Source: Bacillus aerolatus
Lineage (GTDB): Bacteria; Bacillota; Bacilli; Bacillales; Domibacillaceae
NCBI RefSeq assembly: GCF_009183655.1
Contig: NZ_WEIO01000010.1
Location: 21,416 to 45,415, forward strand
DNA: 24,000 bases
Direction: 5' to 3'
The stretch's first letter is position 1; each line of letters starts with the position of its first letter. The notes beneath the pieces are model-generated. The model had not been told where the DNA came from, made no database searches, and saw only the letters and a list, made by a program, of their open reading frames with translations. This document shows positions 8,555 to 16,128 of the stretch, one piece after another. The translations under genes and the position numbers were made by a program.

Positions 8555-8583
8555 ATCCGCGACATATGTTGTGGATTTTTATT
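8555..8583 (+). terminator. Rho-independent terminator after LSR-3
   Basis: AUCCGCGAC-auau-GUUGUGGAU forms 9 bp including two G-U pairs, followed by TTTTTATTT. Confidence 0.6.
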
Positions 8584-8720
8584 TGGCAGTTATAAGAAAA
8601 GGATAAAGTTACAAAAGTAAAAATACATAGATAAAGATACCTTAAGATTTTATTCAATTAAGTTTGTGAGTCACTAATCATAAATAGGATTGATAGAGAC
8701 TTAATTTTTATTTTGTGAAT

Positions 8721-8918
8721 TCTCGGTTTTTAGGTTATCTTTTGGAATTGTTCTCGGTTTTAAGATAGGTAATCGATCGATTACCTATCTAAAAGCCGAG
8801 AGGAAACCTTAAAATTCTAGCTGGCTCAACGGGTTTACAAGGGAAAAGCTCCTTTGGGGATTATTAGAAAATGAGCATCTCGGTTTTTTAGGTCTGATTA
8901 TTATTGTGTCTCGGTTTT
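8721..8918. repeat. Iteron-like array of four direct TCTCGGTTTT copies plus one inverted copy
   Basis: Direct copies lie at 8721-8730, 8752-8761, 8878-8887 and 8909-8918, forming two pairs each 31 nt apart. An inverted, one-mismatch copy, AAAAGCCGAGA, lies at 8791-8801. Copies 1 and 3 extend to TCTCGGTTTTT(T)AGGT. I found no convincing ORF in 8553-9243. Confidence 0.7.
8752..8801. repeat. 50-bp dyad symmetry element (perfect 28-bp core AGATAGGTAATCGATCGATTACCTATCT)
   Basis: Base-by-base pairing about the 8776/8777 centre gives 23 of 25 complementary pairs. The core 8763-8790 is perfect. The outer arms are iteron copy 2 and the inverted iteron. Confidence 0.8.
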
Positions 8919-9243
8919 TTATATAGTAAAAATAACGTGATAATGATCCGCTCGTATTATTATGTCTGTAATGTTACTAAAGTAACGTAATGACCAACAA
9001 TCCCTCTTGATATTAAATTTTCTGGATTTTATTTTCTCAAAATGTATATGAAGGACAGTGGATAGAACAGCATTAAGGTTTTAGCTTTTTATTTAGTTCT
9101 TTTAGTTAAGCAACATACCACATTTTTTCTTGCTAGTCTCAGCTTTAGCCAAAATACTGTGATGAGAGGGATGAAAAACAATGGATTATTTTTACATAAT
9201 AGGATAAAATTCAAGTATATATTGTGTTTATTTGGAGGATAAT

Positions 9244-11037
9244 ATGGAGCTAAAGTCTTCTTTACAAGAAAATATGAAGCAAGGTGATCCGTTCATTGAA
9301 AGAATGGATAAAGTCTTTGCAAGTCTAAGAGCTGACTTCGATGTTGCTTCGGCTCAATCTTCAAAGAAGAGGATTGCGGAGTTAAAAAAAATCCATGTGG
9401 ACTCAACTAAAAAGGTATCGACCTTAGCAATACAGTGCCAAGAGTCAAATGGGTTTATTAAGGGGTTAAGGGGAACTGGAAAATCCCACTTACTTTTGCT
9501 TGCAAGGGATAAAGTTAATACTGAATCCAACCATCTTTGTATTTACATTAATCTTCAGGAACATTTAAATATAGGTGGTTCAGTTGTAGTACAAGAAAGG
9601 TTTTACGTTTGGGCATTATTAAAACAGTTAAAAAGGCAATTGTTTTATATAATCGATCAAAAAGAAGACGAGAACACAACTATAACAAATATTGCAAAAA
9701 ATTTAGCTCGCTTTTTTTTGATTGATAAAGAAAAAGAAATAGAGCATAAATTAATGTCTATCTTTCAAAAACTAGAAAATTTAATTAGGATAGGTGAAGA
9801 AGAACTACATCTCTTTTCTTTTCAAAAAAAGGATGCACAACGTCTGGAAAGTAATGATGCCTGGGGTCTTGGTGGAGAGGTAAGCAAAGGGAAAACAAAA
9901 TTAAAAGCGAAGTGGAATGAGTCTAGAAAAGAAACAGATTCGACTGAAATAGGTTACCGCGTCGAAAAGATACTTGATACTGATGGACTTAAAACTTTTC
10001 TTATTGAAATTGTAAATGTACTTAACATAAATGGTATAACATTTTTTTATGACGAGTGGAGTATGCTTACCAATAAAGATCAAGAAACATTATCCGTGTT
10101 GATTAGAGCATTGAGTTCTTCACCGATATTTCATTGGATTGCATATATTCCATATAAATCGAGTCTTGGAGTTTTGGAACAACTTGCTGATATGCCGCAT
10201 AATATCGATCTGGACTTGCAATTTATTTTTGAAGAAGATAATAAAGTTTGCACCAATTATTTTAAGGAGTTTATAGATAACCGCTTGAAGTTAGTATTTG
10301 AATCTGACGTGTTTAAAGCACATGCTTTAATTAGACCAAGTGTGTTGGAAATAATGGTTAAGAGTTGCATGGGAAATACTAGAGATTTTGGAGTAATGTT
10401 AAATAAGGCTTGGAATAACTTTAGACAGGATTATTTAGTAACGCAAAAGAATAAGGTTATATCTAAGAAGCATGTTGAAAGAGCAATAAAATCTTTGGCT
10501 GAGGAAAAACAAGATAATTTAAGAGCTAAAAGCTCAAGTAAATATTCTGAACGGCTGTGGATAGAAATTGCAAAATTTATTTCGGAAAAAAAACACACTC
10601 ATTTTTGCATAGAATTATCGGATAAAAATGTTGATTTTATTAAGGAAGAAGAATTCATTGACCTCTTGTATCATAGACTGGTCCACTTAAGAAAAAAGGA
10701 TTATCCGCCTAAAGATGGCGAGAAGAATAGATTATCTATTTATGCTGCTGATGTGAGTGTCTTATTTTATCAAATATTCGAGGTGCGAAGTGAAAACAAG
10801 AAGATAAAGCTGGTGACAGATCTTTCAACTATTCACAACCGAACCAGACGATATATTTTCAACATAGAGAGATGTATTAATGAATTTAGAATGGAACAAG
10901 GTAAACAAGTTCAATGCGCTGCTTGTCGTAAGATAATAACTGAAGAGATGAAACTTGCCTGGGAAAAAGGGATTTGTATTTATTGCATGACACCTTTTTT
11001 GAATGAGGATAACACTTTAAAAGTAACATTGACATAG
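9244..11037 (+). CDS. Unassigned P-loop NTPase (AAA+/archaeal-ATPase-like) with a C-terminal CxxC-x16-CxxC zinc ribbon
   Basis: ATG 9244 lies 5 nt after GGAGG (9234-9238); the track start TTG 9232 is in frame. Motifs are Walker A GLRGTGKSHLL, Walker B-like ITFFYDEWS, a sensor-2-like GNTRDF, and CAAC-x16-CIYC at the C-terminus. Confidence 0.8.
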   Translation: MELKSSLQENMKQGDPFIERMDKVFASLRADFDVASAQSSKKRIAELKKIHVDSTKKVSTLAIQCQESNGFIKGLRGTGKSHLLLLARDKVNTESNHLCIYINLQEHLNIGGSVVVQERFYVWALLKQLKRQLFYIIDQKEDENTTITNIAKNLARFFLIDKEKEIEHKLMSIFQKLENLIRIGEEELHLFSFQKKDAQRLESNDAWGLGGEVSKGKTKLKAKWNESRKETDSTEIGYRVEKILDTDGLKTFLIEIVNVLNINGITFFYDEWSMLTNKDQETLSVLIRALSSSPIFHWIAYIPYKSSLGVLEQLADMPHNIDLDLQFIFEEDNKVCTNYFKEFIDNRLKLVFESDVFKAHALIRPSVLEIMVKSCMGNTRDFGVMLNKAWNNFRQDYLVTQKNKVISKKHVERAIKSLAEEKQDNLRAKSSSKYSERLWIEIAKFISEKKHTHFCIELSDKNVDFIKEEEFIDLLYHRLVHLRKKDYPPKDGEKNRLSIYAADVSVLFYQIFEVRSENKKIKLVTDLSTIHNRTRRYIFNIERCINEFRMEQGKQVQCAACRKIITEEMKLAWEKGICIYCMTPFLNEDNTLKVTLT

Positions 11038-11191
11038 TCCCTAAGGGTTAACTAAGAACTAATTCATTTTAATAGCATTTATTTGGTAATTATGCGACTT
11101 GAAAGCTATCTCAGTATTCATCTTTGTTTTCAATTTGAAAAATAATTTTTTGAATAAAAAACAAAGTCGGGGAACTGACATACAGCATAAT

Positions 11192-11224
11192 AAAAAAGCG
11201 CTGGTTTTTTCCGACGCTTTTTTG
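11192..11224. terminator. Probable bidirectional terminator between the convergent ATPase and restriction genes
   Basis: AGCGCTGG-tttttt-CCGACGCT forms 6 Watson-Crick pairs plus 1 wobble, flanked by an A-run and a T-run. Confidence 0.45.
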
Positions 11225-11308
11225 TTAAACAAAACATTAAAATTGAAGAAGGTGCGGATAATTCCAAGTTAAAGAATTATTCGCCTTTTTTAATCTGCCA
11301 GACCCCTA

Positions 11309-12283
11309 TTACGTTGCCCCAATACTAAAATCCATAAAATATGTTTCAGAATCGATTTTATAGACTCTAACTGATGTTCTTCCATAGTTTATTACGTCTT
11401 GGGGATCTACTCTTTCTCCTAATGGAACACTCAGCCTATTTCTGAAATATTGTCCCATAATGCTGTTGTTTTCAGTGGTATGAATGGCTTTTCGCTCTGC
11501 CTGAGCCATTTTGCAGACAAGATGCTGCCCGTCATCTGTCAGCATTGTAAATGATTGTTCAAGCGGAGGGAAAAAGTCAGGATGCTGATTATTAAATGGC
11601 GTCGGAACTTTTAAGTAAGCCTGATTGGGGTCACGGCCTTCTCTCTGTCCCCAGTTTAAGCCAGCTCTTTCTTGTATAGCAGTATCATTTCGAATCAAAA
11701 GCGGCAGGTCAACATATTCCAGGTGCTGAAGATTAGGAGTTTCCGTATCCTCACCATCTAACTCCAATTGAACGATTTCATCGGTTTGTGGTCTTCTTTG
11801 TACGGTAACATGCTGAAAATTAATATGGTTTTCCACATCAGGATCGGTGCATAAAATGGCATCAGTTACATTAAACACATCGTCCACATTTTCAAAATAG
11901 CAGGGTACCAATAATTCATGCTGATCCCTAAATCCATTCCAAGAAAAATTGGCAGAGCCTGTAAAAGTAACACTGTTATTTAATAATCTGCCGTGAGGCC
12001 AATGGTAGATTTTTGTATGTATTCCAGGACGTGATTTTTGATAACTGATGGAAACATTTTGATATTCCTCCATTATTCGAACGTATTGTTCATGATCCCA
12101 TCTTCTGATCCCGTCTTTTTTTGCCATCCCAATAACAAGCTCAATTTCTAAGTCAGGATACTTTGTTAGAATATGTGTCAAAAAAGCAGATGAAGCGTAT
12201 CCTGATAAAATTCTTAAGGTTCTGTACCCTTCTTCGTATGGTGCGTCAAAAACAATATGTTCTAAATTTGTGACATAATACAT
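11309..12283 (-). CDS. PLD-superfamily restriction endonuclease, NgoFVII/BfiI-like (N-terminal HKD nuclease, C-terminal B3-like DNA-binding domain)
   Basis: A single HKD-type motif, GIHTKIYHW...GSANFS, lies in the N-terminal half. The C-terminal half carries LNWGQREGRDPNQAYLKVP, resembling the BfiI/NgoFVII C-domain. AGGAGG lies 8 nt upstream of the ATG. The gene is divergently paired with a C5-MTase. Confidence 0.78.
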   Translation of the reverse strand: MYYVTNLEHIVFDAPYEEGYRTLRILSGYASSAFLTHILTKYPDLEIELVIGMAKKDGIRRWDHEQYVRIMEEYQNVSISYQKSRPGIHTKIYHWPHGRLLNNSVTFTGSANFSWNGFRDQHELLVPCYFENVDDVFNVTDAILCTDPDVENHINFQHVTVQRRPQTDEIVQLELDGEDTETPNLQHLEYVDLPLLIRNDTAIQERAGLNWGQREGRDPNQAYLKVPTPFNNQHPDFFPPLEQSFTMLTDDGQHLVCKMAQAERKAIHTTENNSIMGQYFRNRLSVPLGERVDPQDVINYGRTSVRVYKIDSETYFMDFSIGAT

Positions 12284-12400
12284 GAGGCATTCCTCCTATT
12301 TGAAATTATTAAATTAATAATATCAAAAATTGGAAAATCAGTCATCAACAATTTTAGAGTTGCTTTGGCATGCTGAGTGTGTTATTTTTCGACATATTCT

Positions 12401-12408
12401 TGTATAAT
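12401..12408 (+). promoter_or_regulatory. Extended -10 promoter element (TGTATAAT) for the methyltransferase
   Basis: TGnTATAAT lies 36 nt upstream of ATG 12444 and is bracketed by two GGCATGC copies (12367-12373, 12412-12418). The -35 is poor. Confidence 0.4.
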
Positions 12409-12443
12409 AGAGGCATGCAACAATAAAAATGGAGTTGTCCTAG

Positions 12444-13640
12444 ATGATATTTAAAAAAGGTGAACTGTTCTGTGGACCTGGAGGATTGTCTTTAGGAGCA
12501 AAATTAGCAGAGGCAGTAAGTAAAGATGGAGAAATTTTTAGAGTAGAGCATGAATGGGCAAATGACTATCATGAAGATACATGTGAAACATTTCGCCTGA
12601 ATATATGTCCAGATAGACCTGAATCCGTTATTTGCGGAGATGTCCGCGAATTAGATATTGAGGGCTTGCCAGAAATTGACCTTTTCTGCTTCGGTTTTCC
12701 ATGCAATGATTATAGTATTGTAGGAGAAACCAAAGGGCTTGAAGGTGATTATGGACCTCTTTATACTTACGGCATCAAAGTATTAAAGCACCATCAGCCG
12801 AAAGTTTTCATTGCTGAAAATGTAGGAGGGCTTGAAAGTGCGAACGATGGGAGGGCGTTCATTCAAATCCTAAAATCAATGGAAGAGGCGGGATATAACA
12901 TTACTCCTCACCTGTACAAATTTGAAGAATACGGAATTCCGCAGGCTCGACATCGAATTATCATTGTAGGAGTACACAAATCTCTTGGATGGAAATTTCA
13001 AGTGCCAATGCCTCCCTATAAAAATGATCCAGAGAATTGGACTTCGGCTAAAAAGGCAATTGAAAACCCTCCAATTCTAGAGAATGCTTTCAATCATGAA
13101 TTTACCAACCATGCAAAGAAAGTAGTGGAGATGCTAACCATCATCAATCCTGGAGATAATGCATGGGCGGATTATATTCCAGAAAATCTACGGCTGAATG
13201 TAAAAGGGGCAAAAATGTCCAATATATACAAGCGGCTTGATCATAAATCTCCTGCCTATACGGTAACAGGAAGCGGAGGTGGCGGGACTCACATGTATCA
13301 CTATGGTGAGCCTAGGGCCCTAACGAATCGCGAACGTGCAAGGCTTCAGACATTCCCTGACTGGTATCAATTTGTAGGAAAGAAAGAAAGTGTGCGCCGA
13401 CAGATCGGAATGGCTGTTCCTGTTGACGGAGCCAAAATCATTGTCCAAGCCATTCTGGATTCTTTTGCTGGGAACGAATATCCAACGGAGCCATCCAAGT
13501 GGGAAGAGGAGTTGGCTGAAATGCTGGAGACAGGGAAAAAAGCCAAAAAGAAAAAACGCACTAGAGGAACGAAAGTAAAAGTTGAGGCTTCTGAAGAACA
13601 AACCGAATTGGAACTGAAAACCGAAGAGCCTGTTAAATAG
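12444..13640 (+). CDS. DNA (cytosine-5)-methyltransferase
   Basis: Motifs are I FCGPGG, IV GFPCNDYS (PCN instead of PCQ), VI ENV, VIII QARHRIIIVG, then RERARLQTFPD and GMAVPV. There is an unusual ~55-aa K/E-rich C-terminal tail. Confidence 0.92.
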   Translation: MIFKKGELFCGPGGLSLGAKLAEAVSKDGEIFRVEHEWANDYHEDTCETFRLNICPDRPESVICGDVRELDIEGLPEIDLFCFGFPCNDYSIVGETKGLEGDYGPLYTYGIKVLKHHQPKVFIAENVGGLESANDGRAFIQILKSMEEAGYNITPHLYKFEEYGIPQARHRIIIVGVHKSLGWKFQVPMPPYKNDPENWTSAKKAIENPPILENAFNHEFTNHAKKVVEMLTIINPGDNAWADYIPENLRLNVKGAKMSNIYKRLDHKSPAYTVTGSGGGGTHMYHYGEPRALTNRERARLQTFPDWYQFVGKKESVRRQIGMAVPVDGAKIIVQAILDSFAGNEYPTEPSKWEEELAEMLETGKKAKKKKRTRGTKVKVEASEEQTELELKTEEPVK

Positions 13641-13664
13641 GAGACCTTGATGGTCTCTTTTTTT
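13641..13664 (+). terminator. Rho-independent terminator after the methyltransferase
   Basis: GAGACC-ttgat-GGTCTC followed by TTTTTTT. Confidence 0.6.
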
Positions 13665-13729
13665 GTCTGTTTTAGCTTCTATGGTTATGGGAATAAAAAT
13701 AGTAAAACTCTATGAAAAAGGTGACATTT

Positions 13730-14146
13730 ATGGCGGATATGAGCAAGGAAAAAAGGTCAAAGACAATGAAAGCCATAAAGTCTGTTTCAAAGCTTGAAAA
13801 CAGAGTGACGAAAGCTCTCTGGGAAAAGGGATTTCGGTTTAGGAAGAACGCAAAATTGTTCGGAAAGCCAGACATCTCCATACAAAAATATAAAATAGCC
13901 ATCTTTATCGATTCCTGCTTCTGGCATGTGTGTCCAATTCACAGCAATATACCAAAGACCAATCAGGAATACTGGATAAAAAAGCTGAAGCGAAACCAGG
14001 AGCGCGATAGAGAAGTAAGTGATTATTATAATGAAAAGGGATGGCATGTGTTGCGGATATGGGAACATGAATTAAAAGGTGATTTTCAGAGTACAATTAA
14101 TAAAATAGCCATCTTTATTAACGAACACAAAACTAAATATAAGTAA
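13730..14146 (+). CDS. vsr: Very-short-patch repair endonuclease (Vsr)
   Basis: GKPDISIQKYKIAIFIDSCFWHVCP and the N-terminal KEKRSKTMKAIKS match the Vsr core pattern. ATG 13730 has AAAGGTG 7 nt upstream (track start 13712). The gene is adjacent to a C5-MTase, as is typical. Confidence 0.88.
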   Translation: MADMSKEKRSKTMKAIKSVSKLENRVTKALWEKGFRFRKNAKLFGKPDISIQKYKIAIFIDSCFWHVCPIHSNIPKTNQEYWIKKLKRNQERDREVSDYYNEKGWHVLRIWEHELKGDFQSTINKIAIFINEHKTKYK

Positions 14147-14164
14147 ATCGCTAATAAACGAAAA

Positions 14165-14192
14165 AAGGAGCCCTCAAAAGGTGCTCCTTTTT
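14165..14192 (+). terminator. Rho-independent terminator after vsr
   Basis: AAGGAGC (14165-14171) pairs with GCTCCTT (14183-14189), followed by a T-run. Confidence 0.6.
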
Positions 14193-14353
14193 CATCTGTA
14201 AGTTTAGTGCGTCCGTTGGAAGAATAGCTGTTTCATAACTGTTAAATAAAGCGGATTATTCAGATTTATTTTGAAAATAATGTTAAAGTATTAATTGGAT
14301 ATTCTGAAAAATTGATCAATGAAGTTTTTATGGAATTACAAGGAGAGAAAGAT

Positions 14354-15331
14354 ATGGACAGAGATCATGCTAAAGTTTTTGTAAGTTATAGTTGGGATAA
14401 TCCTGATCACCAGAGTTGGATTCGATATTTCACTAATGAATTAAGAAAGAAGGGGATAAATGCAAACTGCGACCAATTCATCTTGCAGAGACAAACTAAG
14501 AATTTAAATCAAATGATGATTGAGGGAATCCGAGATAACGATTTCGTTATATATGTCTTGACGGAAAATTATAAGACTAAATCCGACCAGTTTCAGGGAG
14601 GGGTTGGATTCGAACAATTGCTTTCTCTTTCTACTCTTCGAAATAATCCAGATAAATTTATTCTTATTAAGAAAAGTGCAGCAAGTTTTGAGGATGTATT
14701 GCCATTTCATTTAGAAGACTATTCTGTGTTTGATTTTTCAAATGAGGATAAGTTTGATGAAAACATAATCAAACTAGTCTATCGTATTTACGGTATTGAC
14801 TACTATGAAGTTGCCCCTCTAGGACCTGTTCCTGATTTAGTGGCAAAGACAGAAAAATCGAGTGAGCAAGTCCAAACAAGTAATTGGTTGTCGGCAATAG
14901 AAGCATCCATTCCAATCAAAATAACTGACTTAGATAAAAATAATTTTATACGGAGTGCGTTTACTGAAATTATTGAAAAGCTAAAAGAACTATTGGACTA
15001 CGTAAAACAAAGGGATCCAGCCGTGAACTATACTATTGATCAAAGCTTAAGACAGGTAGTAGTAAAATTGTATCAAAACGGAGAATACAGATCTGGAACT
15101 AAAATATGGGTTGGAGAATTTTTTGGGAGTCGTACAGAAAGCATTTTTATATCAAATGATGTCTCATCCATTTCGAACAACTCGTACAACGAACAGATCG
15201 TTTGTAAAGTTTCAAAGGAGAATCAATTAATTCTTGAAATGAACTTTGGTGCTTTTTACTCTCAGGATGCTGATTTATTGACGCCAGAAAAGATTGCTCT
15301 TCAAATTTGGGATAGACAATTGAAGAACTAA
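14354..15331 (+). CDS. SEFIR/TIR-fold domain protein with an unassigned ~160-aa C-terminal domain (candidate single-gene NAD-depleting defence protein)
   Basis: ATG 14354 has AAGGAG 8 nt upstream (track start 14312). The N-terminal [37 protein letters not shown] matches the SEFIR/TIR_2 opening pattern (hFhSYS..D..H..Wh..h...L...Gh.h..D). A candidate catalytic Glu lies in GGVGFEQLL. The C-terminal half has no recognisable motif. Confidence 0.72.
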   Translation: MDRDHAKVFVSYSWDNPDHQSWIRYFTNELRKKGINANCDQFILQRQTKNLNQMMIEGIRDNDFVIYVLTENYKTKSDQFQGGVGFEQLLSLSTLRNNPDKFILIKKSAASFEDVLPFHLEDYSVFDFSNEDKFDENIIKLVYRIYGIDYYEVAPLGPVPDLVAKTEKSSEQVQTSNWLSAIEASIPIKITDLDKNNFIRSAFTEIIEKLKELLDYVKQRDPAVNYTIDQSLRQVVVKLYQNGEYRSGTKIWVGEFFGSRTESIFISNDVSSISNNSYNEQIVCKVSKENQLILEMNFGAFYSQDADLLTPEKIALQIWDRQLKN

Positions 15332-15390
15332 GGGGAAGGTTGCTATTTCACGGATATTGCTTATTCTGGAAAACATCTTTGCGAAAGGAT

Positions 15391-16020
15391 GGCTGGGCTT
15401 CCTACTGGCATCAGCGCATCGTCCGCGAACTGGATTTAACGTCTGGAGAAGCGATTGAATTCGCCAAGCTGAACGCAGGAGTTGTGCAGCCGTCGCGCAC
15501 ATCAATTAATCCGTATTATCTCGGCTTAAAAATGTTTGAAGACATTGAAGAACGTTATAATAATCCGACAGAAGAAATGAAACGGCACGGCGTTCAACCG
15601 GGGTCTGGCCGGGAAAAAATGTTTGAAGTCCGGGAAATTGAATCTGATATTTCGTTTTTGCGCAATTACTTAACGAAAGAGCTTGTCTCAAGGGAAGACA
15701 TGTATTTATTTCAGAAAAAAGGAAAAGATTATAAAATTACTGATAAAGAATGGACAAACGTGCGCGACCAGCTCGTCAGTATGAGGGTAAATGGCGGTTT
15801 TCCTTATTTGACTGTCAATGACAGCGATTATATGAAAGCAGGAGAGTTGTATGTGAAGCACTGGTATGAAGGAATTGAACTCGACTTAAGGTACTTGGAA
15901 AAAGTTCTTCCGCATTTATATACGCTCTGGGGGAGAACAGTTCACTTAGAGACAATTGTCGAAGACCGTGAAATTCTCTTCAGTTTCAGCGGCAATAAAA
16001 TGCAGCGCAAGTATTTATAA
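15391..16020 (+). pseudogene. spoVR: 3' segment (last ~209 codons) of the split sporulation gene spoVR
   Basis: [35 protein letters not shown]...[13 protein letters not shown]...[16 protein letters not shown]...[11 protein letters not shown]... is near-colinear with the C-terminal half of B. subtilis SpoVR (468 aa, recalled from memory). The 17 residues before G18 of the track ORF do not match, and ATG 15340 has no RBS. Confidence 0.85.
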
Positions 16021-16023
16021 CAG

Positions 16024-16060
16024 ACGGGTGTCCGGCCTTTCCCGGCCGCCCGTTTTTTTA
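16024..16060 (+). terminator. Rho-independent terminator of spoVR
   Basis: The GC-rich stem ACGGGTGTCCGG / CCGGCCGCCCGT is followed by TTTTTTT. Confidence 0.75.
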
Positions 16061-16128
16061 ATGAGTTTTGTTTGTAAATAAGAAGGGAAAAATATGAAAG
16101 GAATATTTGGCTGGGAGGAGGAAAAAGA

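Larger units (their letters stand above)
1..15390. mobile_element. Right-hand part of an integrated element (degenerate prophage or skin-like intervening element) inserted in spoVR; the left end is outside the window
   Basis: It carries three LSR genes, an Xre switch, a RecJ-like gene and a defence cargo block. It is visibly AT-richer than the sequence right of ~15.39 kb. It ends where spoVR homology begins. The exact crossover lies somewhere in 15332-15390. Confidence 0.75.

Noticed and set aside
8752-8801. The 50-bp dyad as a simple terminator or as an LSR att site
   Set aside because: No T-tract follows it, so it is not a canonical terminator. Its centre is the palindromic dinucleotide AT, which would not give the polarity that LSR crossover sites normally need. 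It is kept only as an unexplained structure.
8721-8918. Possible CRISPR array
   Set aside because: The repeats are only ~10-16 nt, irregularly spaced (31 and ~126 nt), one is inverted, and there are no cas genes.
11309-13640. DISARM-like system (PLD protein plus C5-methyltransferase)
   Set aside because: No DrmA helicase, DrmB (DUF1998) or SNF2 gene is present. The PLD protein has a BfiI/NgoFVII-type C-terminal DNA-binding half, which fits a plain type II RM pair.
13672-13902. 76-aa minus-strand ORF overlapping the vsr 5' end
   Set aside because: It is antisense to vsr, hydrophobic and low-complexity, and has no RBS.
14606-14615. tRNA T-loop-like GGATTCGAAC
   Set aside because: It lies inside the SEFIR-like coding frame, and no acceptor or anticodon stems are around it.
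14354-15331. Thoeris system (ThsB TIR protein)
   Set aside because: No ThsA-type SIR2/SLOG or Macro partner is anywhere in the window. The N-terminal motif looks SEFIR/TIR_2-like rather than ThsB (DUF1863)-like.
15340-15390. ATG 15340 as a genuine start of a 226-aa protein
   Set aside because: There is no RBS, and the first 17 residues do not match SpoVR. The ORF is the tail of a split gene, opened by chance inside the junction region.
15366-15395. An out-of-frame reading, LENIFAKGW, just left of GWASYWH that superficially resembles the SpoVR residues expected there (...LETKIMNEGW)
   Set aside because: It is one residue short and in a different frame, and further upstream residues do not continue the match. 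It is most likely coincidence or attP/attB half-site similarity. It only widens the uncertainty of the crossover point (15332-15390).
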